Positions 20,031 to 32,486 are shown, counted from the stretch's first letter. The stretch: 64,000 nt of DNA from Actinomycetota bacterium (GCA_028697145.1 JAQVFR010000003.1:76834-140833), one strand, 5' to 3'. Notes: generated by a model from the letters alone, not told the origin. Made by a program: numbers and translations.

Positions 20031-20055
20031 AGCGCACCTTTCTCCGGTCTGGGGG

Positions 20056-20967
20056 CTACCCTATCTCAAGCATCCTCTCCACGGCCAGCAGGGCGTTAAG
20101 GCGGATGTCTTCCGGCACCGTGACCCTGGGCTCCAGTTCGCGCAGGGACTTCTCCACTTTTTCCAGCGTGGTGAGCTTCATGTCCGGGCACAGCGGTTCC
20201 TCGCTGGGGAAGAACAGCTCCCTGTCGGGAAACCTCTTGCCGAGCGGGTATCCCATGCCCGCCTCGGTCAGCACGATTATCTCACGGGAGGAGGCCTCCT
20301 CGATCACCTTGAACATGCCGGAAGTGCTGGCCACCTCGTCCGCTAGCTCGATCACGTCCTCTCTGCATTCGGGGTGTGCCACGACCAGCGCCGAGGGGTG
20401 GAGGCCTTTCTGTTCCAGCACCATCTCGACGGTGATCCTGTCGTGGATGGGGCAGCATCCCTCCCAGATGATCAGCTCCCGCCCCGTCGCCTTCTGTACG
20501 TAGCGGCCGAGGTTCTTGTCGGGGGTGAAGATGATCTCGGGCGCGTCGATCGCCATCACCACCTCGACGGCATTCCCCGACGTGCAGCAGTAATCGCTTT
20601 CCGCCTTCACCGCGGCGCTGGAGTTCACGTAGGTCACCACCACGGCCCGCGGATGCAGTTTCTTAAGGGTCATCAACCCCTCGGGGGTGATGGTGTCGGC
20701 CAGGGGGCAGCCCGCTCGCGGCTCGGGCAACAGGGTTATCTTGTCCGGGTTGACGATGGCCGAGGTCTCCGCCATGAAATTGACGCCGCAGAACACGATG
20801 ACCTCCGCGTCAACCCCGGCCGCCTGGCGCGCCAGGCCCAGGGAATCGCCCACGAAATCGGCCACGTCCTGCACTTCCGGCCTCTGGTAGTTATGGGCGA
20901 GGATGACCGCGTTGCGCCGCCGGCGCAACCGCTCCAGGCTTTCAAGTATCCCCTTGTCCCCTTCCAT
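20056..20967 (-). CDS. nadA: Quinolinate synthase
   Basis: …AVILAHNYQRPEVQDVADFVGDSL… is typical NadA. Start placed at the ATG giving MEGDKGIL. Confidence 0.85.
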   Translation of the reverse strand: MEGDKGILESLERLRRRRNAVILAHNYQRPEVQDVADFVGDSLGLARQAAGVDAEVIVFCGVNFMAETSAIVNPDKITLLPEPRAGCPLADTITPEGLMTLKKLHPRAVVVTYVNSSAAVKAESDYCCTSGNAVEVVMAIDAPEIIFTPDKNLGRYVQKATGRELIIWEGCCPIHDRITVEMVLEQKGLHPSALVVAHPECREDVIELADEVASTSGMFKVIEEASSREIIVLTEAGMGYPLGKRFPDRELFFPSEEPLCPDMKLTTLEKVEKSLRELEPRVTVPEDIRLNALLAVERMLEIG

Positions 20968-21145
20968 CTCTCGAATCCATCTCCCCGTGTCCCGGCCCTT
21001 ACCTGCCCATCCCCGCCGCGCTGGGCGCCACGCCATCCAGGTCCGGCGAATGCCCGTTCTTTATATATAGAGGATTATCTCTTGACGCGAAAGGTTCAGA
21101 TGGAAATGCGCCGTGGTCCCGGCTCGCTGGCCCGGGCCGGAGCGC

Positions 21146-21517
21146 TCAGCAGATGTCATCTGCCGTCACGTGGTCTTCGATGTGGCTGACGTGGTTCTGT
21201 TCGTCGACGTAAACCACCCGCGGCCTGATGCCGCGAGCCTCTTCTTCATCCACTATGCTGAAGGAGAAGATGATGATGATGTCTCCCTTGTGAATGAGAC
21301 GGGCCGCGGCCCCGTTCATGGCGATGGTTCCCGACCCCGGTTTTCCCCCGATAACGTACGTCTCCAGGCGGCTGCCGTTGTCGATGTCCACCACCATGAC
21401 TTTCTCGTAGGGCATGAGGTCGGCCGCCGCCATGAGTTCTTTGTCTATGGTTATACTGCCGATGTAGTGCAGGTCCGCATCGGTCACGGTCGCCCTGTGT
21501 ATCTTGCTCTTGAGCAT
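21146..21517 (-). CDS. panD: Aspartate 1-decarboxylase
   Basis: [25 protein letters not shown]… is a canonical PanD N-terminus with the G-S cleavage site. Confidence 0.9.
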   Translation of the reverse strand: MLKSKIHRATVTDADLHYIGSITIDKELMAAADLMPYEKVMVVDIDNGSRLETYVIGGKPGSGTIAMNGAAARLIHKGDIIIIFSFSIVDEEEARGIRPRVVYVDEQNHVSHIEDHVTADDIC

Positions 21518-21668
21518 CGTGCGCTGTGCCACTTCTTCCGTCTCCCCTCGCTCTGCCTTTCTATCGGGCGACACCCGCTATCAGCTTAACACCTGGCTCG
21601 CGCCAACTAAAATATAACACATCAAAGCCCAGGTACACAGCAAAGAGAGATATCGCCGGCCGCCGTCC

Positions 21669-22520
21669 TCAGGCGGGCACATCCAGCAGGATATTGTCGA
21701 TGAGGCGGGCCTTGCCCACGCGCGCGGCAAGGGCGATGAGCACTTCGCCGCGGAGCATGCCTGCCGGCCCTAGCGTCTCCCAGTCCACCGCCTCGACATA
21801 TTCGGTGCGCACCAGGGGTTCCCCCGCGATGAGCGCATTCATCTCCTCCAGGACCCTGGCCGCGTGGCGCTCTCCCCCTGCAACCAGGTCCCCGGCGAGG
21901 CGCAGCGAGCGATAGAGCACGGTGGCTGCCTTGCGCTCCTCGGGCTTCAGGTAGATGTTGCGCGAACTCATGGCCAGTCCGTCTTCCTCCCTCACCGTGG
22001 GACAGGCCACGACCTCGACGTCGAAGTCCAGATCACGCACCATCCTGCGGATGACCCACACCTGCTGGGCATCCTTGAGACCGAAATATGCGCGGTGGGC
22101 GGGGATGATGTTGAAAAGCTTGGCTACCACCGTGGCCACCCCGCGAAAGTGGCCGTGGCGCGACGCGCCGCAGAGGACTTCGCCTGCTTCCTTCACTTCC
22201 ACGTAGGCGAGGAAGCGCTCGGGGTACATCTCCCGGGCTTCAGGGTGGAAGATGCAGTCTACCCCGGCCGCCTCCGCCATCTCCACGTCGCGGTCGAGAT
22301 CGCGCGGGTACTCCGCGAGGTCCTCTCCCGGACCGAACTGGGTGGGGTTCACGAAGAGGCTCACCACCACGAAAGCGCAGTCCTCGCGGGCGGCCTGCAT
22401 TAAAGAGACGTGCCCGGCATGGAAGAAGCCCATGGTCGGCACCAGCCCCACCAACTGCCCCGCCCCGCGCCGCTCCCTGACCGTGTCCCTCATCTCCCCG
22501 ATAGAGGTGACGATGCGCAT
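21669..22520 (-). CDS. panC: Pantoate--beta-alanine ligase
   Basis: …LVPTMGFFHAGHVSLM… HIGH-type motif of PanC. 283 aa. Confidence 0.9.
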   Translation of the reverse strand: MRIVTSIGEMRDTVRERRGAGQLVGLVPTMGFFHAGHVSLMQAAREDCAFVVVSLFVNPTQFGPGEDLAEYPRDLDRDVEMAEAAGVDCIFHPEAREMYPERFLAYVEVKEAGEVLCGASRHGHFRGVATVVAKLFNIIPAHRAYFGLKDAQQVWVIRRMVRDLDFDVEVVACPTVREEDGLAMSSRNIYLKPEERKAATVLYRSLRLAGDLVAGGERHAARVLEEMNALIAGEPLVRTEYVEAVDWETLGPAGMLRGEVLIALAARVGKARLIDNILLDVPA

Positions 22521-22551
22521 CTCATGCTCCTTTGCCTAGCGAGGCGGGATC

Positions 22552-23439
22552 CTACGAGAAGTGCAGCAGCAGCTCCTCGATCTCCTCGCATCGCGCCTTG
22601 CTCACCTCGGCCTCGGCCAGGTCGAGGGCGAACATGGACAAAGAGGTGTAGACCTTGAGGAGCTGCTCCCTCTCCTCGTGCTCCAGACACTCCAGGTGAC
22701 GGCGCAGCACCCCGATGTCGCCCCGTGCCACGGGGCCCGTGAGGGCCTTCTCCGTCCCCAGCCTCCTCAGGTTCCGCACCGTTCCCTCGATGAGGGGCAT
22801 CAGGGCCTTGAGCGCCTTCTCCTCGTGCAGGCCGATCTCCTGGTAGATCAGTTCCGCGGCATGTTCCAGGGCCACCAGCAGGTTGCTGGCCACCACCGCC
22901 CCGATATGGTACAGGGTCTTGTCCTCCTCGGCCAGGAGCACCGGGTCGCCCCCCAGCTTGCGCACGAGCCCCCCCGCCCACGCCTGCGGCCCCTTCTCTC
23001 GCGTAGTCACGGCGAACACCGAGCCCGGGATGTTCCTGACCGCGCCGCGGACGTCGGCGAAGGTCTGCAGCGGGTGGATGCTGGCCGTCCTGGCGCCCAT
23101 CTCCTCCGCCGGTTCGAGCACGTCCAGGCCCAGGGCCCCGCTCATGTGCACGAGATAGTCCCCTTTCTTCACGGCCCGCGCGCTCGCCAGGCTCAGGCAG
23201 GTATCGGCGATGAGGTCGTCGGGGGTGGTGATGATGATGGCGTTGCCCTTTTTGCCTGCTTTCACCACGTCCGTGGTGAGCAGGACCCCTTTTATATATC
23301 GCTCGACCGTGCGCAGTGAATCGCTGCTGCGCGAGGCGACGGCGACCACCTGCTCTCCCTTGCGCTGCAGGATATTCCCCACGGCCGTTCCCACCCTGCC
23401 GCCGCCGATGATCGCGAAGCGGTCCACCCTCCTAGCCAT
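22552..23439 (-). CDS. Rossmann-fold NAD(P)-binding protein (DUF2520-like), putative ketopantoate reductase
   Basis: N-terminal FAIIGGGRVGTAVG dinucleotide-binding motif. It lies directly upstream of panC-panD; DUF2520 proteins in pan clusters are established ketopantoate reductases (PanG type). Confidence 0.55.
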   Translation of the reverse strand: MARRVDRFAIIGGGRVGTAVGNILQRKGEQVVAVASRSSDSLRTVERYIKGVLLTTDVVKAGKKGNAIIITTPDDLIADTCLSLASARAVKKGDYLVHMSGALGLDVLEPAEEMGARTASIHPLQTFADVRGAVRNIPGSVFAVTTREKGPQAWAGGLVRKLGGDPVLLAEEDKTLYHIGAVVASNLLVALEHAAELIYQEIGLHEEKALKALMPLIEGTVRNLRRLGTEKALTGPVARGDIGVLRRHLECLEHEEREQLLKVYTSLSMFALDLAEAEVSKARCEEIEELLLHFS

Positions 23440-23953
23440 GCCATTCCTCCTTGTCGTACCGGAAGGCCACGCGCGCCCCCTCGCTGTCTCCCCGCGAGAA
23501 GTGGCGGCGCGCCTCTCCCCTCCCCGGCAGTCTCACGCGTGGCCGCAACTCGAGCAGGGGTACCATGACGAAGTCCCGCTCCAGCATGCGCGGATGCGGG
23601 ATTATCAGGTCTTCCTCCTCTAACTCTAAGTCGTCCATGAGCAAGATGTCCACGTCGATGACGCGAGGGCCCCATCTCTTCCCCCGCACCCTGCCGAGTT
23701 CCTCCTCTACCTCCCTGCAGACCGCGAGCATCCCCCTGGGCCCGAGGGAGGTGTGCACCAGCGCCACCATGTTCAGGAAGTCCGGCTGCTCGGTAACCCC
23801 CCAGGGCTTCGTCTCGTACACCGACGACACCTCCGCCACCCTCACGTCCTCGTTGCCATCGAGGAGGCGCAGTGCCGCCAGGAGATTTTCCCTGCGGTCG
23901 CCCAGGTTGCTGCCCAGCCCCAGGAAGACCGCGCGATCCTCAGCCTTGCCCAT
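23432..23953 (-). CDS. folK: 2-amino-4-hydroxy-6-hydroxymethyldihydropteridine pyrophosphokinase
   Basis: …AVFLGLGSNLGDR… is a HPPK motif. ATG start at 23953 (the track uses an upstream TTG). Confidence 0.85.
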   Translation of the reverse strand: MGKAEDRAVFLGLGSNLGDRRENLLAALRLLDGNEDVRVAEVSSVYETKPWGVTEQPDFLNMVALVHTSLGPRGMLAVCREVEEELGRVRGKRWGPRVIDVDILLMDDLELEEEDLIIPHPRMLERDFVMVPLLELRPRVRLPGRGEARRHFSRGDSEGARVAFRYDKEEWHG

Positions 23954-24317
23954 CTCTTTCAAAAACCATCTCCACCGCCACTTCCTCCACCTTTTTCTCC
24001 AGCGGGGCGTGGGGCTTGCGCACCCTCACCCGAAGGAGTGTCGCGGGCGTCTCCTGCATGATGTATTCCCCGATGCGCGATGCCAGGGCCTCGATAAGAT
24101 CGTACCTGTCCCGAGTGGCGAGGTCGTGTACGGCTGTGGCCAGCTCGTCGTAGTCCACCGCCCCGGCGAGGTCGTCCGCCTCGACCGCTCGGGCGGCATC
24201 ATACTCCAGTTCGATGTCGATGAGGAATTGCTGACCTTCCTCTTTTTCCCTTTGCGTGCAGCCGTGGTAGGCGAAGACTTTCAGGCCTCTGATGAGGATT
24301 TTTGCCTTGGGGGCCAT
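23940..24317 (-). CDS. folB: Dihydroneopterin aldolase
   Basis: 125 aa. …IRGLKVFAYHGCTQREKEEGQ… is a FolB motif. Confidence 0.85.
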   Translation of the reverse strand: MAPKAKILIRGLKVFAYHGCTQREKEEGQQFLIDIELEYDAARAVEADDLAGAVDYDELATAVHDLATRDRYDLIEALASRIGEYIMQETPATLLRVRVRKPHAPLEKKVEEVAVEMVFERDGQG

Positions 24318-24318
24318 G

Positions 24319-25017
24319 CTATTTCTCTCTTATCGTCACGGCCTTCAGGATGTCCGTCGCCTCCAGGGAGTCCACCACATCCATCCCCGAGGTGACCACC
24401 CCGAACACGCTGAAATAAGGATCCAGGTCCGTCCTGTCCGTCTTGAGGATGAAGAAATCCGTTGTCGCGGAATTGGCTTTGTACTGGCCGGTCTGGGGGT
24501 CACTCGGCTTGGCGAAAGATATGGCTCCCCTGGTGGCGGATATCCCGATCTCGTCCATGACGACCCCCACGCCCTGATCCTCCATCAGCGCTTCCTGCAG
24601 TCTCGTCTCGTCCGGCTGGGCATCCCCCGTCTCCGCCATCAGCGACTGGTAATGGCTCCCGGTCTGGACCACGAAATCCTCCACCCGGTACCAGAGAAGG
24701 CCATCGTAGAATCCCCTGTTCGCCAGGTCGGTGATATGCTGCACGTTCAGGGGCGCGTCCTCTCCGTAGAGGCCGACGACGATCTCCCCCTTCGTGGTCT
24801 CCATGAACAGTTCGGCGGTTATCCCGGGTTCTTTCTCCTTCTCTGCCTCTTCCTCCTTCATGTAATTGACCAGAAGGATGAGGCCCACGGTCACGGCGAT
24901 GGTCACGATGGAGGCGGTGATGATGACGATCCTGCGCCAGAACTTCGCCCTCTCCTCCTGCCGCCGTTTCTCCTCTTCCTCTTTGCGCTGCTGCTTAAGC
25001 TTCTGAGCCTTGCCCAA
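24319..25017 (-). CDS. Membrane-anchored cyclophilin-type peptidyl-prolyl cis-trans isomerase
   Basis: N-terminal TM helix, then a cyclophilin core (…GFYDGLLWYRVEDFVVQTG…FGVVTSGMDVVD…). TTG start. Confidence 0.75.
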   Translation of the reverse strand: MGKAQKLKQQRKEEEEKRRQEERAKFWRRIVIITASIVTIAVTVGLILLVNYMKEEEAEKEKEPGITAELFMETTKGEIVVGLYGEDAPLNVQHITDLANRGFYDGLLWYRVEDFVVQTGSHYQSLMAETGDAQPDETRLQEALMEDQGVGVVMDEIGISATRGAISFAKPSDPQTGQYKANSATTDFFILKTDRTDLDPYFSVFGVVTSGMDVVDSLEATDILKAVTIREK

Positions 25018-25030
25018 TTCTCCTCACCCC

Positions 25031-26239
25031 TTATCCCTTGCCCACGATGGCATCGGCCACCCGGGCCACGCGCACCATCTCCTTCACGTCGTGCACCCTC
25101 ACGATATCGGCGCCGCCCGCTATTCCCAGCGCGACGCTCGCCGCCGTGCCCTCCACCCTCTCGCCCTCGGGAAGGTCGAGTATCCTCCCGATGAAGCGCT
25201 TGCGCGAGGTGCCGAGGACCAGTATATAGCCGAGCGACTTCAACTCTCCCAGGCGGTGGATTATCTCCAGGTTATGCTGGATTGTCTTGCCGAAACCGAT
25301 CCCCGGATCGACCATTATCTTCGCCATGGCGACTCCCCCTTCCACCGCCGCCTCGGCCCGCTCGCGCAGGAAAGAGGCTATCTCCCCCATGAGGTCGTCG
25401 TATCGCGGCTCGACCTGCATGTCCTTGGGCATGCCCTGCATGTGCATGAGGCAGACGGGGACCTTCTCCTCCGCCACCAGGGGGAGCATCTCCGGGTCCA
25501 GGCGCATGGCGCTGATCTCGTTGACCATGGCGCAACCCGCCGCCAGCGCCCGCCGTGCCACCTCCGCCTTGGTGGTGTCGATGGACACGGGCACGCTCGC
25601 CCTCTCCATGACCCCCTCGATTACCGGCATCACCCGGTGCAGTTCCTCTTCGAGGGGGATGAAATCCGACCCGGGGCGGGTGGATTCACCCCCGATGTCC
25701 AGGATGTCCGCTCCCTCCTCCTCCAGCCGCAGGGCGTGCTCGACCGCCGCCCGCGCGTCCGCGAAAAGGCCGCCGTCGGAGAAGGAGTCCGGTGTGACGT
25801 TCACCACGCCCATGACCAGGGTGCGCTCTCCCAGGTCATATTCTCTTCCTCCCATGCGCAGGGTGCGCCCCACCTCCGCCAGGGAGCTGCGCAGCAGCTC
25901 CTCGAGCTCCAGGGCCAGGGCCTTGAGCCCGAATGGCTGCCTCTTCAGCTTGGATATCAATTGCCTGTAATGCTTGAGGTTCCCCGAGATGACCGCCGGG
26001 ACCTTGACGCCCCCGTAGTCGAACACCTCGCGCGGCAGTGACACCTCGCCCCCGATGGAGAGCATGTTCTGTTTCAGTATGTTGGCAGCCTTCGTGTCCA
26101 GGTTGTCCACGCGCACCACGCGGAAGACCATCTTGGGGGCCATGATCGCCCTCCCCTGCTCGCTGGGCTTCAGTTCGTCGAGCCTGGCGTAAGCCTCTTC
26201 CAGGCCGTCCACGTCGAGAAAACGGGGGTTGAACCTCAT
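25031..26239 (-). CDS. folP: Dihydropteroate synthase with a ~125-aa N-terminal extension
   Basis: Pterin-binding domain (…VMGVVNVTPDSFSDGG…ILDIGGESTRPG…). I place the start at the ATG giving MRFNPRFLDV, 8 nt after the folE stop. The longer track ORF overlaps folE and is spurious upstream of that ATG. Confidence 0.8.
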   Translation of the reverse strand: MRFNPRFLDVDGLEEAYARLDELKPSEQGRAIMAPKMVFRVVRVDNLDTKAANILKQNMLSIGGEVSLPREVFDYGGVKVPAVISGNLKHYRQLISKLKRQPFGLKALALELEELLRSSLAEVGRTLRMGGREYDLGERTLVMGVVNVTPDSFSDGGLFADARAAVEHALRLEEEGADILDIGGESTRPGSDFIPLEEELHRVMPVIEGVMERASVPVSIDTTKAEVARRALAAGCAMVNEISAMRLDPEMLPLVAEEKVPVCLMHMQGMPKDMQVEPRYDDLMGEIASFLRERAEAAVEGGVAMAKIMVDPGIGFGKTIQHNLEIIHRLGELKSLGYILVLGTSRKRFIGRILDLPEGERVEGTAASVALGIAGGADIVRVHDVKEMVRVARVADAIVGKG

Positions 26240-26247
26240 GCCCGCCC

Positions 26248-26844
26248 TCAGCTCTTCTGGCGGATGAGGGACATGGCCTCGGCCCGCGAGGCCGCGTTGG
26301 TATGGAAGGTGCCCCTTACCGCGGAGGTGATGGTCAGGGTACCGGGCTTTTTCACACCGCGCATGGACATGCACAGGTGCTCCGCCTCGATGACCACCAG
26401 CACCCCGCGCGGCCGCAGGGCTTTGACCAGGGTGTCGGCAACCTCGGTGGTAATCCGTTCCTGTACCTGCAGACGCTTGGAGAGCACGTCCACGACCCGG
26501 GCCAGTTTGCTGATGCCGGTTATCTGGCCCTCGGGGCCGGGTATGTAGGCCACGTGGGCCTTGCCGAGGAAGGGGATGAGGTGGTGTTCGCAGATGGAGT
26601 AGAACGGGATGTCCTTGACCACGATCATCTCCTCGTGCTCCTCCATGAACATGGCCTGGATCACGTCGGCCGGGTTGATGTCCACACCCCACAGGAGCTC
26701 CTCGTACATCTTGGCCACCCGTTCGGGGGTCTTCACGAGGCCTTCGCGCTCCAGGTCCTCGCCGACCCCCTCCAGGATCATGCGTACGCCCTGCATTATC
26801 TTCTCTTTGTCCACTTCATCCCTCCTTCGCGGATTTACCGCCAT
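26248..26844 (-). CDS. folE: GTP cyclohydrolase I
   Basis: …[19 protein letters not shown]… is the FolE signature. Start at the ATG giving [10 protein letters not shown]. Confidence 0.9.
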   Translation of the reverse strand: MAVNPRRRDEVDKEKIMQGVRMILEGVGEDLEREGLVKTPERVAKMYEELLWGVDINPADVIQAMFMEEHEEMIVVKDIPFYSICEHHLIPFLGKAHVAYIPGPEGQITGISKLARVVDVLSKRLQVQERITTEVADTLVKALRPRGVLVVIEAEHLCMSMRGVKKPGTLTITSAVRGTFHTNAASRAEAMSLIRQKS

Positions 26845-26966
26845 ATTATAGCGCACCGGTGTGGGGTGAAGCCTCAAACGCTGTGTTTAGCGGCACGCGG
26901 TTCTCCTTCACTGTCATCGCGACTGGAATGCAACGATCGAGGTTTGATCCCGGGGATGCGAGCCGG

Positions 26967-28946
<1,980 letters not shown>

Positions 28947-28948
28947 GT

Positions 28949-29497
28949 TCAACTCTCCTCGCCGCTTCCTTCCTTCTCCTTGAGCACCCCCACATAGGGC
29001 AGTTGCCGGAACCTCTCCGCGTAATCCAGGCCGTAGCCGACCACGAAGAGCGGCGGCACCTCGAAGCCACAATATTTGACTACGATATCAACCTTACGCG
29101 CGTCGAGTTTGTTAAGCAAGGCGCACACCTCCACCGAGGCGGGACCCCTCTCTCGCAGCATTCCGGCAAGGTATTTCAGGGTCAGCCCGGTGTCCACGAT
29201 GTCCTCCACGAGGAGGACGTCCCTGCCCTCGATATCCAGATCGAGGTCCTTTATTATCCTGACGACTCCGGATGACTCCGTATCCGCGCCATAGCTGGAG
29301 ACGGCCACGAAGTCTATCTGCAGCGGTAACTCCACCTCCCTTGCCAGGTCAGCGAGGAAGACGAAGGCTCCCTTGAGCACACCGACCATGACCAGTTCCC
29401 GCCCTCGATAGTCCCTGGTTATCTCCTCGGCCATCCGTGTGACACGAGCCCTTATCTCCTCCTCGCCGATGAGCGGTTTTCCCGTATCCAGTTCCAT
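28949..29497 (-). CDS. hpt: Hypoxanthine-guanine phosphoribosyltransferase
   Basis: 182 aa. PRPP-binding motif [13 protein letters not shown]. Confidence 0.9.
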   Translation of the reverse strand: MELDTGKPLIGEEEIRARVTRMAEEITRDYRGRELVMVGVLKGAFVFLADLAREVELPLQIDFVAVSSYGADTESSGVVRIIKDLDLDIEGRDVLLVEDIVDTGLTLKYLAGMLRERGPASVEVCALLNKLDARKVDIVVKYCGFEVPPLFVVGYGLDYAERFRQLPYVGVLKEKEGSGEES

Positions 29498-29640
29498 GAT
29501 GCGATTCTCCTCCTCCAGCGGCTATCACCGGATGAGATATCTCAGTGCGGCGCCACTTCGTCTTCCCCTCGCCGTCCCGCGGCACATACGTCTCCAGCGG
29601 CGTTACAGCCCCCCACCAGCCGCCGCTCTTCGCTCAATAT

Positions 29641-31083
29641 CTATCGTCTACCCGCGTCCCGCCCTGAACTCCAGGGGCCCTCCCCGGCGCTCCCTCCCAG
29701 CCGTTCGGCCTTCAGCGCCGCGATCTGCCTGGTGCCATCGCCTACTTTGAACCTCTCGTCGATGCGCATGCCCACGACCCATGCGATCTCCCCGCTTGAC
29801 TCGAGGACCACGACGCGCGCCCTGTCCTCGCGCGGGACCTTGGCGTCCACCAGAAAATCCTGCAGCTTGCGCCTGCCCGGCGCGCCCAGGGGATGGAATC
29901 GGTCGCCCGGGCGGATGCCCCTCGCGAGCAAGGGGAAGACCAGGCGGTCCGCATCCAGCCAGGCCAGGCAGGGGTCGTTTGCCGCCTCGCGCGGATCCTC
30001 GCTCCCCCGCCGCCGCGTGCTCACCTCGAGCCGTAACCCGGCCTCCGGCAGGGAGAATACGCCATCCCCGGGTATGGGGGTCTCGGGAAGCGGGCCCATA
30101 CGCGGGGTGGGGCCCATGATCAAGCGGTCGTAAACGCGGCGGGCGGATAACCCGGGGGAGAGGTCCAACCGGGAGCTGCCCTCTATCTCCAGCAGCTTGA
30201 TGCGTATGTCCTCGACCAGGTCGAAATCGGGCTCCACCCCCAGCCGGCGCAGAGATGCGGCGATAACCTCGCGGCGCACCGCGAGCGGGCGGGAGCGCAT
30301 CGCCTCCACCGCGATCTCCTCTCCCCTCGAGGTAGCCGAGACGACCTCCACCGCCGCCTCCGACGCCAGAACGTCCACGACGTCCGCCAGCGAGGCGAGC
30401 ATCTCCGCCTCCGCCAGGAGCACCCTCCTCACAGCCGGGTTGTACTCCTCCTCGAGCAGGGGGATCAGGCGGTGCCTGACGCGGTTACGGGGGATCGAGG
30501 TGTTCAGGTTGGTCGGATCGACCCGGGGTGCCATGGGCAGGAAAAGCGAGTACGCCTCTATCTCGCTCCTCCACACGCGTATGAGAGGCCTCACGAAGGG
30601 CGGGCGTGACGGAGGGATCGACCCCATGCCGCGAGGGCCGGTGCCGGTGAGCAGGCGCAGGAGCAGCGTTTCTACGCGATCGTCGGCGCTATGCCCGGTG
30701 GCGAGCCGCGCGGCTCCGGTGGCCTCCAGCTCGGACTCGAAGGCTGCGTAGCGCGCATCGCGCAGGGCCTCTTCCGGGCTGGCGCCGCCGCCGCTTACCG
30801 TCACCTTTCGCACGGAACAGGGCAGGCCGTAACGGGCGGAGGCTTCCTCCACCCAGGCGGCGTCCTCCCCCGACTCCGGGCGCACGCCGTGGTCCACATG
30901 CAACACGCGCAGCTCGATGCCGAGCTCCCCTGCCAGCTGCACCAGGACGTCCAGCAGCACCAGGGAGTCCGCTCCTCCCGATACTGCCGCCACCACCAGG
31001 TCGCCGGGCGAGAACATGGGCCAGCGGCGCAGGGTCTCCCTTACCCTGGAGATAACGGTGAACCTCTCCTTTTCCCACCTCAT
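29641..31083 (-). CDS. tilS: tRNA(Ile)-lysidine synthetase
   Basis: PP-loop SGGADS near the N-terminus. Start at the ATG giving MRWEKERF…. Confidence 0.85.
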   Translation of the reverse strand: MRWEKERFTVISRVRETLRRWPMFSPGDLVVAAVSGGADSLVLLDVLVQLAGELGIELRVLHVDHGVRPESGEDAAWVEEASARYGLPCSVRKVTVSGGGASPEEALRDARYAAFESELEATGAARLATGHSADDRVETLLLRLLTGTGPRGMGSIPPSRPPFVRPLIRVWRSEIEAYSLFLPMAPRVDPTNLNTSIPRNRVRHRLIPLLEEEYNPAVRRVLLAEAEMLASLADVVDVLASEAAVEVVSATSRGEEIAVEAMRSRPLAVRREVIAASLRRLGVEPDFDLVEDIRIKLLEIEGSSRLDLSPGLSARRVYDRLIMGPTPRMGPLPETPIPGDGVFSLPEAGLRLEVSTRRRGSEDPREAANDPCLAWLDADRLVFPLLARGIRPGDRFHPLGAPGRRKLQDFLVDAKVPREDRARVVVLESSGEIAWVVGMRIDERFKVGDGTRQIAALKAERLGGSAGEGPWSSGRDAGRR

Positions 31084-31307
31084 AAACGGCCTTTCTCGCC
31101 ATATCCATAATAACCCGCGCCTGCCCCGGGCCCTACTCTCCATTATGTACGCCCGGCATTACAATGGTAACCGGGAAGGAGGGTGGACCATGAGGGACAG
31201 GCCCCGGCCGGGCGAAGAGAAGGGAGATCTCGGAAGAGACAAGGGTACCATCGGGGTGGAGGGCGACGGAGTGGAGGAGATGGAGGCCATTCTGGCCATG
31301 TTGGGCG

Positions 31308-32486
31308 TCACAACATGATATTGGCGGTGCCCGTCACGGGCGACATATCGAAGTCAACGCCGGGGGATGCCGTTTTCAGATAATTCAGCACGTCCACCGC
31401 CCGCTCACCGGAGAGGGGCACCGGTTTTCCCCCATCCACATCGAGCGGTACGATCTCGAGTCCGGTCAATCCGCCGCCGTTGAAACGGCAGCCCACGAAT
31501 ATGGCGGACTTTCCCGTCTCGCTCTCCGGGGAGAAGACAAGGTTGCCGAGGGAATATATCACCGGTACGCCCTCGATCAGCTCTATGCCCTGCACCACGT
31601 GGGGGTGGTATCCCACCACCAGGTCCGCTCCGGCATCGACGCAGGCTTTTGCTATCTCTCTCTGGCGTTGCGTTATCTCCTGCGATCCCACCTCGCCCCA
31701 GTGCGCTAAAACGACCGTGTAGTGCGCGTCCGTTTCCGCGGCCCCTATCGTCTCCCCGATACGCTCCAGGGACAACCCCGCAATACCCGGGGTGTCATCC
31801 CCGGCCTCGCGGGCCGGTGAAGACACGTCGCAGAACGAGACCATGGCGACCTTCGCGCCGTTCTCCGCCTCGAGTACAAGCGGCCTTTCCGCCGCCACCA
31901 GGTTGCATCCAGCGCCGAAAGACGCCAGCCCCTCGGCCCGCAGCACGTTCAGGGTCTCCTCCAGGCCCGCGGTGCCGTAGTCCATGATGTGGTCGTTGGC
32001 AAGGCACACCGCGTCTATGCCGGCATCCGCCATGGGCGCCGCGCAGGACGCATCTCCCCGCAGGCACACGGATGACTGGACGGAAGCGGGGATGTCGTCG
32101 CGGCACAGCGGGCCTTCCATGTTGACCGCGATGATCTCGTAGGCGCCGAAGAGCGGCGATATATCCGTCCAGGGATAGGCGGTCCCCTCCGACGCGATCA
32201 CGTCGGCCACGGCCAGCCCGAAGGTGACGTCGCCGCCCACTCCCAGGCTCAGCGGTGGGGCTTCGAGGCTCAGCGGGGCCTGGGCCCGGCCCTGCGGCCG
32301 CGCGATGGCCTCTTCCGCCGCCTGGGCCTCGGCGCCCGCATACGAGGACTCGCCGTTATAGTGCGGGGAAGTGAGGGTAAAGACCAGCAGCACCATCCCG
32401 ACGACCGCCGTGCATCCGAAGACCAGGAACACGGCTTGCCTCCTGGCCCGTTGACGCTTCAATCTGCTCTGCAGGGTCCTGGTCAA
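31308..32486 (-). CDS. capA: CapA/PgsA-family metallophosphoesterase (poly-gamma-glutamate synthesis-like)
   Basis: N-terminal TM helix. Metallophosphatase motifs …ANDHIMDYG… and …GYHPHVVQGIE… TTG start. Confidence 0.7.
   Translation of the reverse strand: MTRTLQSRLKRQRARRQAVFLVFGCTAVVGMVLLVFTLTSPHYNGESSYAGAEAQAAEEAIARPQGRAQAPLSLEAPPLSLGVGGDVTFGLAVADVIASEGTAYPWTDISPLFGAYEIIAVNMEGPLCRDDIPASVQSSVCLRGDASCAAPMADAGIDAVCLANDHIMDYGTAGLEETLNVLRAEGLASFGAGCNLVAAERPLVLEAENGAKVAMVSFCDVSSPAREAGDDTPGIAGLSLERIGETIGAAETDAHYTVVLAHWGEVGSQEITQRQREIAKACVDAGADLVVGYHPHVVQGIELIEGVPVIYSLGNLVFSPESETGKSAIFVGCRFNGGGLTGLEIVPLDVDGGKPVPLSGERAVDVLNYLKTASPGVDFDMSPVTGTANIML

Noticed and set aside
18420-20099. 559-aa plus-strand ORF
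   Set aside because: Antisense to nadB.
26240-26692. Upstream extension of the folP track ORF
   Set aside because: Overlaps folE in another frame and is G/R/H-rich. An ATG with sensible spacing after the folE stop is used instead.
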